Virus record (IMG/VR): IMGVR_UViG_3300042197_002234
Span: 64,001-128,000 of that record
Length of the DNA stretch: 64,000 bases
Origin: a virus
Direction: 5' to 3' (one strand)
A program made the translations under genes and the position numbers. Below, piece by piece: positions 1-10,026 of the stretch (position 1 is the stretch's first letter; each line of letters opens with the position of its first letter). The notes under the pieces were generated by a model, which saw nothing but the letters and a program-made list of their open reading frames with translations, searched no databases and was not told the origin of the DNA.

Positions 1-2
1 TT

Positions 3-137
3 AGAGATGGTTTAGTAATTGAAGAAGGTACTTTAGTTTCAATGGGGTCTTTGATAACAAAATCAACAGAACCATTTGGATTTTATATGGGGTCACCCGC
101 TAAAAAACAAGATAAAAAATCATATGATGTGTTATAA
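3..137 (+). CDS. Partial (C-terminus) hexapeptide-repeat acetyltransferase
   Basis: Frame 3 reads RDGLVIEEGTLVSMGSLITKSTEPFGFYMGSPAKK..*, resembling the LbetaH C-terminal 'IGxGAxVGAGSVVTKDVP..G.PA' pattern; runs off the window start. Confidence 0.6.
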   Translation, partial: RDGLVIEEGTLVSMGSLITKSTEPFGFYMGSPAKKQDKKSYDVL

Positions 138-144
138 TTGAAAA

Positions 145-1050
145 ATGTGGGAAAAAAAACAAAATATTTTTAACAAACACCATTCACAAGTTCCAGTTGT
201 GGACGAATATGATTTTTTTTATAGGGTTTATTATTCAACAAGAATAGATGGTAAAAGTACACCTTTATTTATCGATGTTGATAAAGATAACCCTTCAAAA
301 ATAATTAAAGAACACAATAAATCAATTTTGGATTTAGGTGAAAAAGGTTCTTTCGATTGGGCGGGTATTATGCCAACTGAAATAATCAATTATGGAGGTA
401 AAAAATTTTTATATTATATTGGATGGTCATTAAGACAAGATGTGCCTTATCACAACAATTTAGGTTTGGCCATTAGTGAAGATGATGGTCATACTTGGAA
501 AAAATTTTCAAAAGGCCCTATATTTCACACTTCTTATAAAGAACCAGGTTATATTGGTACTGTTGAAATTATGATTGAAAATGGTATATGGAAGATGTGG
601 TATCTATCATGTTTGAATTGGATTGATAATAACGATATAATGGAACCAACTTATGATATAAAATATGCAACGTCATCAAATGGTATTGATTGGATACCTA
701 CTGGTTTAACTTGTATACCTTTAGAAAAAAATGAGGGTGGAATATCATGTGCTAGAGTTATAAAAGAAGAAAACAAATATCATATGTGGTATTCTGTACG
801 AAATAAAATAGATTATCGTAATAATAAAGAAAATTCATATAGAATAAAAAAAGCAGAATCTATTGACGGGATAGTTTGGGAGAAAAATGATAAAATTGAA
901 TTAGATATCTCGGACACAAATGAATGGGAAAATACAATGGTCTGTTACCCCTTTATTATTGAAAAAGAGAAAGAATTACTTATGTTTTATAATGGTAATA
1001 ATTTTGGTAAAACTGGTATAGGTTATGCAAGAAAAAGAAGAATTAATTAA
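145..1050 (+). CDS. Five-bladed beta-propeller glycosidase-like protein (GH32/43/130-like)
   Basis: Repeated blade motifs (LAISEDDGHTW, YATSSNGIDW, AESIDGIVW, YP..I...LLMFYNG). Confidence 0.6.
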   Translation: MWEKKQNIFNKHHSQVPVVDEYDFFYRVYYSTRIDGKSTPLFIDVDKDNPSKIIKEHNKSILDLGEKGSFDWAGIMPTEIINYGGKKFLYYIGWSLRQDVPYHNNLGLAISEDDGHTWKKFSKGPIFHTSYKEPGYIGTVEIMIENGIWKMWYLSCLNWIDNNDIMEPTYDIKYATSSNGIDWIPTGLTCIPLEKNEGGISCARVIKEENKYHMWYSVRNKIDYRNNKENSYRIKKAESIDGIVWEKNDKIELDISDTNEWENTMVCYPFIIEKEKELLMFYNGNNFGKTGIGYARKRRIN

Positions 1051-1759
1051 CGAAGGGTTTATAATTTTTAAAAATTTTTTTCCCAAAAGTACAGTTCAAA
1101 ATTTACTAGAAAATTCTAAAAAAATTTTTCAAATACAATTTAATCATTTTGGATATAACGATTCTTTCACTGAGAATATGATTAAATTATTTCAGGAACA
1201 TCAAGAGGTATTTATTAACTGTGGTAAATTAATTCAAACAGGATTGATTGATTTATATCAATTATCAACCAATAATAAATTAATAAATAAATTAAACGAT
1301 TTAGGTATTACATATCCTAATATGTGTACTAGACCTGTTTTATTTTTTAATCACCCTAAATTAGCCAAAGAAGAACATTATTATAAAACACCCCCTCACC
1401 AAGATTGGCCTTCTATGGAATCTAGTTTAGATTCTGTAGTTGTATGGGTCCCATTAGTTGATGTAAACAGTAAAAATGGTTCTATCATAATTTGGCCAAA
1501 AAGTCATAAAGAAGGTGTTTTACCTTATAAAAATATAGGTGGTTTTGCAACTGTTGAAGGTTTTAAAAATGGATTACAAACTGAATTGGAAGTTGGTGAC
1601 GTAGTTATATTTTCAACTTTATTAGTCCATTCTTCAGGAGACATACTTGATAACTCAATAAGATGGTCGTGTCATTTTAGATATACCAACTTAGAAAATT
1701 ACGAATATATTGAAAGAGGATTCCCAAACCCATATATATACAAACCAATAACCAAATAA
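1025..1759 (+). CDS. PhyH-family 2OG-Fe(II) dioxygenase
   Basis: PHQDW (HxD), VWVPL, PKSHK, GDVVIFSTLLVHSS, R-W/S motifs. Confidence 0.8.
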   Translation: MQEKEELINEGFIIFKNFFPKSTVQNLLENSKKIFQIQFNHFGYNDSFTENMIKLFQEHQEVFINCGKLIQTGLIDLYQLSTNNKLINKLNDLGITYPNMCTRPVLFFNHPKLAKEEHYYKTPPHQDWPSMESSLDSVVVWVPLVDVNSKNGSIIIWPKSHKEGVLPYKNIGGFATVEGFKNGLQTELEVGDVVIFSTLLVHSSGDILDNSIRWSCHFRYTNLENYEYIERGFPNPYIYKPITK

Positions 1760-2460
1760 TGAAATTTGCAGTAGTAATTACAACATATCAAAGAAAAGAT
1801 GGAAGCACTCCGATAGTGTTAAAAAGAGCAATAGATTCTATTTTTAATCAGGATTATAAAAATTTTAAAATTTATATAATAGGTGATAAATACGAAAATA
1901 ATGAAGAATTTGAATCTATTATGAATTTTTATTCTTCAGACAAATTGATTTTTGAAAATTTACCCGAAGCCAAAGAAAGAGATAAATATAAAGACAAATG
2001 GTTAATTTGGTCTTATGCTGGTTGTCACGCTAATAATTATGGAATTCAAAAAGCGGTTGATGATGGTTTTGAATATATTTGTCATTTAGACCATGATGAT
2101 GAATGGTATCCAAATCACTTATCATCCTTAAAGAATGCTATTGATAAAACAAACTCTCTTTGGTTGTGTACTAAATCAGAGTATGTTGGGGGAAGAATCC
2201 TTCCAAATATACATGGAGAAGAATTAATCCCTATTTTACCAATACCACAAGGTTTAATTCATTCGTCAACGTGTATTAATTTTAAAAAAATACCTTTAAG
2301 ACATAGAAACATATATGAAGAAACAGGTAAATTAGGTTTACCAGGTGACGCTGATTTATGGGAAAGAATAGCTAAATATTTAAAAGATAACAACCAAACA
2401 GGGTGTTTGGTAAATAAAATAACATGTAAACACATTGAAGAGGGTTATGAAAGACAATAA
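1759..2460 (+). CDS. Glycosyltransferase family 2
   Basis: VVITTY..RAIDSI..Q N-terminus, LDHDDEW (DxD), GDADLW. Confidence 0.8.
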   Translation: MKFAVVITTYQRKDGSTPIVLKRAIDSIFNQDYKNFKIYIIGDKYENNEEFESIMNFYSSDKLIFENLPEAKERDKYKDKWLIWSYAGCHANNYGIQKAVDDGFEYICHLDHDDEWYPNHLSSLKNAIDKTNSLWLCTKSEYVGGRILPNIHGEELIPILPIPQGLIHSSTCINFKKIPLRHRNIYEETGKLGLPGDADLWERIAKYLKDNNQTGCLVNKITCKHIEEGYERQ

Positions 2461-3187
2461 TAAAATAAAAATAGTTACTTACATAGATAGAAAAAATATA
2501 TTATCTGAAGTTTTTATAAATTACTATTTAAGATTTTTGAACCATAATGAATTTCATTTTTTAATTTTAGACAAAAACTATGATTCTGTCTCAGAATACT
2601 TAAAATCAAAAAATTTTTCAGATATTAATTTTGAAATTGTTAGAAATGATTACATTGGGATGCCCACACTTTTAGATAAACAAAATTCAATTGTAGAAGA
2701 ATTAATATCTAACGGATTTTTAGTTATATATGTTGATTTAGATGAAATTTTATATCATCACAATCTACGTGAATATATCCTAAATTTTGACGGGGACTAT
2801 ATAACTGCGAAAGGTATAGTAATAATACCAAATACTGATGAAGAAATAATTGATGAAAATAAATCTATATTATCTCAAAGAAAATATTGTATAATAGATA
2901 ATGAATATCATTCAAAAGTATCAGTATTAAAATCAAAATTTATATGGACGGGAGGTCGACACAATAAAAATGGATATAAAATATTTGACGATATATATCT
3001 TATAGATATTGGAAAATGCTGCCCACAAATAATGTTAGATAATAATATGACAAGTAATATTTTATATGAAAAGAAAACTGAACGTTATTCTATAACAGAT
3101 AAAAATAGTATTCAAAACATTTTAAATGGGTGGAGAAAATCATTAATTAAAATACCCGAATACATTACCGAAACTAATTTATTTTAA
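2435..3187 (+). CDS. Putative GT-A fold glycosyltransferase
   Basis: YVDLDEIL DxD motif; lies among glycosyltransferases. Confidence 0.45.
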   Translation: MKRVMKDNNKIKIVTYIDRKNILSEVFINYYLRFLNHNEFHFLILDKNYDSVSEYLKSKNFSDINFEIVRNDYIGMPTLLDKQNSIVEELISNGFLVIYVDLDEILYHHNLREYILNFDGDYITAKGIVIIPNTDEEIIDENKSILSQRKYCIIDNEYHSKVSVLKSKFIWTGGRHNKNGYKIFDDIYLIDIGKCCPQIMLDNNMTSNILYEKKTERYSITDKNSIQNILNGWRKSLIKIPEYITETNLF

Positions 3188-3277
3188 TGAATTAATTAAG
3201 AAAACAAATAGCCCTAAACAACCAAGTAGTAACAGTGTCTTTTTGATAAAAAAATTAAAATAAAAAAATAAATATAA

Positions 3278-4003
3278 ATGGTACAAAAGAAAAAAACAAA
3301 CTCAACTTCAGAGTCCGAACCAAAATACAAAACAAAGAAAGAATTAATTTCTCACATAATTAAGAAAAAGACAAAAGAAAAGTTTTTATCTGAAAGTCAA
3401 AGAAAATACTATGATTATTTAATTAACAGTCAAATAACAATCTGTTCAGGTCCCGCGGGTGTTGGTAAAAGTTATATAGCTATGAAGGCAGCAATTGATT
3501 TGTTGTCTGACCCAACAACACCATATGAAAAAATTATAATAGTAAGGCCCGCAGTTGAAGCTGAGGAAAAATTAGGTTCATTACCAGGTGGTGTTGAGGA
3601 AAAATTAGACCCGTATATTTTCCCATCGTATTACTTAATGAATAAAATTATTGGTAAAGAAGCTAGAGAAAAATTAAAAGAAATTGATGTGATTGAAGTG
3701 TTCGCATTAGCTTACATGAGAGGTATGAACATTGATAACTCTATCTTAATTTTTGAAGAGGCTCAAAATTCAACCCCAAGTCAAATGAAATTATTATTGA
3801 CAAGGATTGGATTTAATAGTAAATTCTTTATTTCGGGGGATTTAGAACAAACTGATAGATATAAAGATAAAACTCATTCAGGTTTGTGGGACGCTTTGAA
3901 AAGATTTAAAGATATTGAAAGTATTAATACTTTTGAATTTGATGATAAAGATATTGTTAGAAATCCATTAATTACCAAAATATTAAAAAGATACGAAGAA
4001 TGA
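3278..4003 (+). CDS. phoH: PhoH-family ATPase
   Basis: GPAGVGKS Walker A, RPAVE, LPG, YMRG, EEAQN, GDLEQTD, DIVRNPLI. Confidence 0.95.
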   Translation: MVQKKKTNSTSESEPKYKTKKELISHIIKKKTKEKFLSESQRKYYDYLINSQITICSGPAGVGKSYIAMKAAIDLLSDPTTPYEKIIIVRPAVEAEEKLGSLPGGVEEKLDPYIFPSYYLMNKIIGKEAREKLKEIDVIEVFALAYMRGMNIDNSILIFEEAQNSTPSQMKLLLTRIGFNSKFFISGDLEQTDRYKDKTHSGLWDALKRFKDIESINTFEFDDKDIVRNPLITKILKRYEE

Positions 4004-4596
4004 GAATTGGTGTAGAAATTAACGGGGTTTTAAGAAATACTTTAGGTAAAGTAGAACAAACTTATCAAAAATTTATGATTGATAAGACTGAAGGTATTGA
4101 AACTGACGATGATTTTATTTATGAAATTAAAAAACCAATAACCTCATTATCAATTCAAAATCATTTTACTTTTAAAGATGAGGAAGAACTATATTCTTTT
4201 TTATATGAAGAATTTCCCATGGAGATTTTTGGTCATTCTCAATCAACAGAATATTCAACCTTTAATGATTTAAATGAAATCTACGTTAAATTAAGAAACG
4301 ACCATGATTTTATTATAGTTTCAGATGAAATTGGTAAATCAAAACCAGCATCTTTATTCTTCTTATCTAAATTTGGGTGTGAATTTGAAAAAGTAAAATT
4401 TTATAGTAATACAACAATAAATTCAATGTGGAATGAAATTGATGTTTTACTTACGGCAAATCCCGCCTTATTATTAGAACATCCGTTAGATAAAGTATTA
4501 ATAAAATATAATACTGAATATAATAACGAAATTATAACAAAATACGAAATAAACAAAATAAAAGAACTTGAAGAAGTTATTAAACAATTAAAATAA
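4000..4596 (+). CDS. HAD-like 5'(3')-nucleotidase-like protein
   Basis: MRIGVEINGVLRN resembles a degenerate 'IGIDIDGVL' HAD motif I. Confidence 0.45.
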   Translation: MRIGVEINGVLRNTLGKVEQTYQKFMIDKTEGIETDDDFIYEIKKPITSLSIQNHFTFKDEEELYSFLYEEFPMEIFGHSQSTEYSTFNDLNEIYVKLRNDHDFIIVSDEIGKSKPASLFFLSKFGCEFEKVKFYSNTTINSMWNEIDVLLTANPALLLEHPLDKVLIKYNTEYNNEIITKYEINKIKELEEVIKQLK

Positions 4597-4868
4597 TGTT
4601 AAAAATTTTAGGAGACCATTATTACTTAGATTTAGACGCAATTGATGAGTACATTCAAATAAAAGATAATAAATCTTCATCAGGAGAAACTGAAGGTAAT
4701 CATATTAGTATTGTAAAATATGAAACCATAAAACTAATGTTAGAGGTATTAATGGACGAAAACGAACAAATAGATGAATCTTTGGGTGGTAAAAGCTCCG
4801 AAATAACAATACCTTTTAAATTAGCATTTAACACTTTATTAAATAAAAAATTATTAAACAAATATTAA
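4596..4868 (+). CDS. Hypothetical protein
   Basis: Coupled ORF in the operon. Confidence 0.6.
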   Translation: MLKILGDHYYLDLDAIDEYIQIKDNKSSSGETEGNHISIVKYETIKLMLEVLMDENEQIDESLGGKSSEITIPFKLAFNTLLNKKLLNKY

Positions 4869-4870
4869 AT

Positions 4871-5935
4871 ATGGAACAGGATAAATTAGAAAAATTAGAA
4901 AAATCAATTCAGAACATGAAAGATAAAAAATCAAGAATTTATCTTTTAGTTCAAGATACTAGAGGTAACGCAAAGGCCTCTATATCATACATTTACAATT
5001 TAGGTATGGCGTTGTTGGACGCGGGATATAATCCTATTATGCTACATGAAAAACCTGATTATATGGGCGTTTCAACATGGATGTCAGGTGATTTTATGAC
5101 AGCGTTACCTCACAAAGCGATTGAGGGTGAAAATTTAGAAGTATCACCTGAAGACTTTATAGTTATTCCAGAGCTTTATGGTTTTGTTATGAGTCAAATT
5201 TCTAAATTACCTTGTGGTAAAATAGTTTTATCTCAAGCGTATGACCATCTTTTAGAGACTTTACAACCAGGACAGACTTGGACTCAATTAGGGTTTTTCA
5301 AATGTATTACCACATCAGAAACTCAAAAAGAATATCTTGATGGTGTTATGAAAAACGTATCATATGATATTTTAAAACCTTTTATTTCTGAAGAATTTAT
5401 TAAATCAGAATACCCATCAAAACCAATTATTGCGGTTCATAGTAGAGACCAAAAAGATTCTGTCAACATGATTAAATCTTTTTATATTAAGTTCCCACAA
5501 TATAGATGGGTAACATTTAGAGATATGAGAGGTTTATCTCAAAAAGAATTTGCGAACACATTAAAAGATTGTTGTTTGTCAGTTTGGATTGACGAAACAA
5601 GTTCATACGGTACGTTCCCATTAGAATCCATGAAATGTGGTGTACCAGTATTAGGGTTAGTTCCAAACATGCTACCTGAATGGATGAATGAAGATAATGG
5701 TATTTGGGTTAATAATAAAATACACATTGTAGACTATGTTGCGGATTATATACAAAATTGGTTGGAGGATAACTTAAACCCAAACTTGTATGAATCTATG
5801 TTAAAAACAGTTGAAAATTTATCAACTAAAGAAGAATTTTATAAAGTGTCTGTAAGCCTATTTGAGGGTTACCTAAATAAAAGAATGTCTTCATTTGAAG
5901 AACAATTATCTAAACTACAAACAATAGAAGAATAA
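4871..5935 (+). CDS. GT-B fold glycosyltransferase-like protein
   Basis: C-terminal 'SYGTFPLESMKCGVPV' matches the GT-B 'E.FG.P.LEAM..G.PV' signature. Confidence 0.65.
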   Translation: MEQDKLEKLEKSIQNMKDKKSRIYLLVQDTRGNAKASISYIYNLGMALLDAGYNPIMLHEKPDYMGVSTWMSGDFMTALPHKAIEGENLEVSPEDFIVIPELYGFVMSQISKLPCGKIVLSQAYDHLLETLQPGQTWTQLGFFKCITTSETQKEYLDGVMKNVSYDILKPFISEEFIKSEYPSKPIIAVHSRDQKDSVNMIKSFYIKFPQYRWVTFRDMRGLSQKEFANTLKDCCLSVWIDETSSYGTFPLESMKCGVPVLGLVPNMLPEWMNEDNGIWVNNKIHIVDYVADYIQNWLEDNLNPNLYESMLKTVENLSTKEEFYKVSVSLFEGYLNKRMSSFEEQLSKLQTIEE

Positions 5936-5936
5936 T

Positions 5937-6749
5937 ATGGAAGAGAAAAAAACTTTTGACGTTTCGGTTATTTTACCGATTAAATCAGGAAAATCTAATG
6001 GTTTTACTGAGTATTTTGAAAAATGTATAGAATCCTTGAAGATTCAAAAAGTAGGTATTAATGAACTAATTATTGTTCACACAAACGAAACTTACTTGGT
6101 CGACTACCTAAACAATTTTGATTTTGGCGATTTAAGTGTTATTAAGGTTGAGTGGACTAAAGAACCTAATTACGCATCACAGATTAACATTGGTGTTCGT
6201 AGTGCAAAATCTAAATGGGTATCGTTATTTGAAATGGATGATGAATACTCAAGTATTTGGTTTAAAAATGTTGATTTGTATTCTAACTCATATTCAGATG
6301 TTGACGTATTTTTACCTATTGTTGTGGATACTGACGCTCAAGGTAAGTTTGCTGGTTTTACTAACGAAGCGACTTTCGCAGCTAACTTTACTCCTGAAAT
6401 GGGTATCCTAACTAACGAAACTTTGTTAGATTACCAAAATTTTCAAACATCAGGTATGGTAATTAAAAAGTCATCCTTTATTGATTATGGTTTAATGAAA
6501 CCATCATTTAAACTTACTTTTGGTTATGAATTCTTTTTAAGAATGACACATAACTCAGTTAAAATTATGTCGATTCCAAGAATTGGATACAAACATACTA
6601 ACTTAAGAGATGGTTCTATTTTTTGGAACTACAAAAATGGTGAAGATAGAATGTTAGAGGATGAAGTTAAATTTTGGATAGAGTCGGCCAAGAAAGAATA
6701 TTTCTTTATTAATGATAGAGCCATAAAATATGAACCTCAACAAGTTTAA
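5937..6749 (+). CDS. Glycosyltransferase family 2
   Basis: VSVILPI, NIGVRSAKSKWVSLFEMDDEY. Confidence 0.7.
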   Translation: MEEKKTFDVSVILPIKSGKSNGFTEYFEKCIESLKIQKVGINELIIVHTNETYLVDYLNNFDFGDLSVIKVEWTKEPNYASQINIGVRSAKSKWVSLFEMDDEYSSIWFKNVDLYSNSYSDVDVFLPIVVDTDAQGKFAGFTNEATFAANFTPEMGILTNETLLDYQNFQTSGMVIKKSSFIDYGLMKPSFKLTFGYEFFLRMTHNSVKIMSIPRIGYKHTNLRDGSIFWNYKNGEDRMLEDEVKFWIESAKKEYFFINDRAIKYEPQQV

Positions 6750-7498
6750 TGACTGAAAATTTAAAACTAAGTGGTGAAACAAATGTTGAGTTAAAAAAGA
6801 AAGGTAGAAAACCAAAACAAAAAAATTATTTTGATACCCCTGAAGAAGAGGCTGTTGTTAGATTTTTACAAGCGGAAAGTGACGAGGAACGAAATAAGAT
6901 TTACAATGAGTTTTTAAGAAAACCTTTAGACAAAATGATATCTTCAATTATTAGAAGATACAAACTCTATAGAAAAGACATGGATTTTACGGAAATACAT
7001 GTGGACACTCATTCATTTTTAATGACCAAAGTAGAAAAATTTAAGCCTTCAAAGGAAAAGAAGGCTTATTCTTATTTTGGAACAATTTGTAAAAATTATT
7101 TGATGGGTCAAATAATTAAAGACCAAAAAGAAATTAATAGAAAAATTTCTTACGAGGATATATCATCTAATTTAGAAAACAATCCATCATATTCATATGA
7201 TATTGATTCTGATGTTATTGATTCTGAAAATGTGATAAAAAAATTTTTATTAGAACTTGATAATTTTTTAGATAGTGAAAATTTATCCGAAAACGAATCT
7301 AAGTTAGGGCACGCATTATATGAATTATTTGATAATTACGAACAAATTTTTATTGGTAATGACAATAATAAATTTAATAAAAATGTAATTCTTCTTTCAT
7401 TAAGAGAAATGACAAATTTATCAACTAAAGAAATTAGAGGTTCCATGAAGAAATACAAAATCATGTACTATAATTTAATAGAAAGTATGGTTAAATAA
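6749..7498 (+). CDS. T4 gp55-like late sigma factor (putative)
   Basis: 'KFKPSK..KAYSYFGTICKNYL' resembles the sigma region 2 of gp55 (F...K..NPFAYFTQI..N); basic N-terminus with NYF motif. Confidence 0.6.
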   Translation: MTENLKLSGETNVELKKKGRKPKQKNYFDTPEEEAVVRFLQAESDEERNKIYNEFLRKPLDKMISSIIRRYKLYRKDMDFTEIHVDTHSFLMTKVEKFKPSKEKKAYSYFGTICKNYLMGQIIKDQKEINRKISYEDISSNLENNPSYSYDIDSDVIDSENVIKKFLLELDNFLDSENLSENESKLGHALYELFDNYEQIFIGNDNNKFNKNVILLSLREMTNLSTKEIRGSMKKYKIMYYNLIESMVK

Positions 7499-7525
7499 AA
7501 AAAATCAAAATTAATATTTATAGAT

Positions 7526-7897
7526 ATGCCAAGACCTCAAAAAAAAGAAATTACTTTAACTAAAGAATCTATGTTATCTCTAATGCAAGAGATATATAAT
7601 GAATTAGTTGAACAAAGAAATACCGCAATTAGAATTCAAAATAAAATGTTAAGTATGATGAAGGAACCTGAGGATATGACGTTAATAGGTCCTGTTATCG
7701 AAAAACAACAAAAAATTATCAATGATTGTTTAGAGAAAAAATTAACTCTATCAAAATTACAATCAACCATGTGGGACAAAACTAACACAGGTAGTGAATC
7801 ATTCTCAATCGCGGATTTAGGTATGGACGATGAAACATTACAAAGTTTGATTGAAAAAGATTTGTCGAAAGACAATGATGGTTACAAAATGAAATAA
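7526..7897 (+). CDS. Hypothetical coiled-coil protein
   Basis: ORF preceded by ATATTTATA at 7514-7522. Confidence 0.6.
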   Translation: MPRPQKKEITLTKESMLSLMQEIYNELVEQRNTAIRIQNKMLSMMKEPEDMTLIGPVIEKQQKIINDCLEKKLTLSKLQSTMWDKTNTGSESFSIADLGMDDETLQSLIEKDLSKDNDGYKMK

Positions 7898-7907
7898 GTT
7901 TAATTAA

Positions 7908-9812
7908 ATGTCTTTAGATTTAAATTTAGATTACGATAGTGCTAAAAGAAAAATTGAAGCCTCTAAAAGTTATAATGATTTAAAAAATCAATATGACCAG
8001 GCAACTAAAAAGGGTGGTGATTCTTTTGAAGAGTTTAGTGGTGATGTTACAGAATCTATTGACAAGTTAAAACAAGAAACTAAAAAGTTTCAAAGACAAA
8101 TAAAAAATCAGTTTGAGCAATTACTCGACATTAATAATGTAACAGGTGGAAAAGGAAGTAACTCGATTAGGTATATTAAAAGATTACTTTTAAAAACTCT
8201 TAGAAATATTGAACCAAAAATTTCTGAGATTGTTCAAGACTGTTCACTAAAAGCTATTGGTTGTGACCAAGAGCAAACTTATGACCCTCAAATATTATAC
8301 ATTAAGGTAAGTTCTATAGATTTAATAAACTTACTTAAAAAAGACCCAACATCTGATGATGGTAGGGTTCTATATGAAAAATACCCAATAAATGTTCAAG
8401 TATATCCTTTTGCAATGAATAAAGAATTGTATGAAAGGATACAAAGTGGTAATCCATACTCAGTAGATAATGGTCAGTTATATTTAGGAGCCTCAACACA
8501 ACCTTTATTTGATATTCAATACGTTGAGTTTGATAATTTTGGTCAAACAGGTCCTTGGTTTAAAATAACATTACAATCAAGACTTAACAATGTTAACAAA
8601 GTAGGAACCTTTTTAGTTGATTATTACAAGTCAATTAAACTTGTTGATTTTACAAACATAATGGCTTACATAATGGAGTCATTGAGCGGTGCAATATCAA
8701 TAAGTGCAAATGTGGGAATTGTACAAGCCGATGACACGAGTAAATTTTTATTATTGATTCAAAGAATCTTAGGATTATGTTTTGACGGTAAAAGTGAAAT
8801 TGATGTTAGTGGTATTGCAAAATTAGCCGAGTTAGATGGTGTTGATAATTCATTTTTTGAATTTACTGACATTGATTTAAGAAATATTGACCAACGAATT
8901 ACAAATATAAAAAATGGTGTTGTTGAGTTTGAGGAATGTGGTAATGTAAAGTTACCTGTTAATTTCCAAGAGATATTAGAAGGTTTAAATAATTTAAATT
9001 TTGTTGAGGATAAGGATTTGGTTGATGCTGCGGATGCTTTAACCGACACATTAACTAACAATCCTGCTTGGAAAGGATTTGCGATTGATGGTAATATAAA
9101 TGCCGCGGTAGATTTAAATTTTGTTAAGTTAATTGTTCAAGGATTAATATCAGCATTATTAAGCCCAAAAGTTTTATTACCAATTATGATTTTATTAAAA
9201 TCGTTAGGTAATGACATTGTTGATGTTATTGACACATTGGTTAAATTTATGAAAGAATTTAAAGATTTTGTAATCTGTGTTGTATCAAGAGTTGGGGCAA
9301 TTTTTGTTGAGGAATTATTTAATCTAATTAAGAAAGACATTAAAAATTTATTACAGGCAATAATTTTAGATGTTGCAAAAGAAAAATTAGATAAAAGAAT
9401 TATTATAATATTAAAATTAATTCAATTATTAATACTAATTGCTGAATTTATATCAGATTGGCGAAGGTGTAAAAGCGTGATAGATGAAATATTATGGTTA
9501 CTAAGAATTTTAACTTCTGGTTGGGGCGGTGAAGTACCCTTACCGTTATTGTTCGCGTCTCAATTAATGGACGGATACTCAGAAACAAGAGCGTTTATCG
9601 GAGCCATTGAGGAAATGCAAAAAATGGGTATACCTACAGGGGCAATGCCAGATGGTAGTCCTAACTTAACAGTACTTCAAATGTTTGGCCAAATGAAAGC
9701 GATGGCTAGTGAAGAAGCTGAAAATGGTAAACTACAGGTGGCGATTCCACCATTAACTATGACACCAGCGGGATTAACAGTCCCCGCCAGTGGATTTGGT
9801 AAGAGTGTATAA
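7908..9812 (+). CDS. Large putative virion structural protein
   Basis: 634 aa ORF in a late operon upstream of a baseplate-hub-like gene. Confidence 0.5.
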   Translation: MSLDLNLDYDSAKRKIEASKSYNDLKNQYDQATKKGGDSFEEFSGDVTESIDKLKQETKKFQRQIKNQFEQLLDINNVTGGKGSNSIRYIKRLLLKTLRNIEPKISEIVQDCSLKAIGCDQEQTYDPQILYIKVSSIDLINLLKKDPTSDDGRVLYEKYPINVQVYPFAMNKELYERIQSGNPYSVDNGQLYLGASTQPLFDIQYVEFDNFGQTGPWFKITLQSRLNNVNKVGTFLVDYYKSIKLVDFTNIMAYIMESLSGAISISANVGIVQADDTSKFLLLIQRILGLCFDGKSEIDVSGIAKLAELDGVDNSFFEFTDIDLRNIDQRITNIKNGVVEFEECGNVKLPVNFQEILEGLNNLNFVEDKDLVDAADALTDTLTNNPAWKGFAIDGNINAAVDLNFVKLIVQGLISALLSPKVLLPIMILLKSLGNDIVDVIDTLVKFMKEFKDFVICVVSRVGAIFVEELFNLIKKDIKNLLQAIILDVAKEKLDKRIIIILKLIQLLILIAEFISDWRRCKSVIDEILWLLRILTSGWGGEVPLPLLFASQLMDGYSETRAFIGAIEEMQKMGIPTGAMPDGSPNLTVLQMFGQMKAMASEEAENGKLQVAIPPLTMTPAGLTVPASGFGKSV

Positions 9813-9813
9813 T

Positions 9814-10026
9814 ATGACTAAAAAAGAACAAGCCGAAAAAACTTTAAGAATTGTAAAAGATTTTAAATCACATTCAAATAAAGACTTACAATTTGCGATG
9901 GACTTTATTCAAGAAGATTTTAATTTTACTAAAGAACAAATATTAAAATTAACAGAACATTTAGATAAGTTAGAATTAACTTATAATACGGTATTAAAAG
10001 AATACAAAACAAGAAATAAAAAATGA
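9814..10026 (+). CDS. Hypothetical protein
   Basis: ATG at 9814 (MTKKEQ) is more plausible than the GTG at 9790. Confidence 0.55.
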   Translation: MTKKEQAEKTLRIVKDFKSHSNKDLQFAMDFIQEDFNFTKEQILKLTEHLDKLELTYNTVLKEYKTRNKK

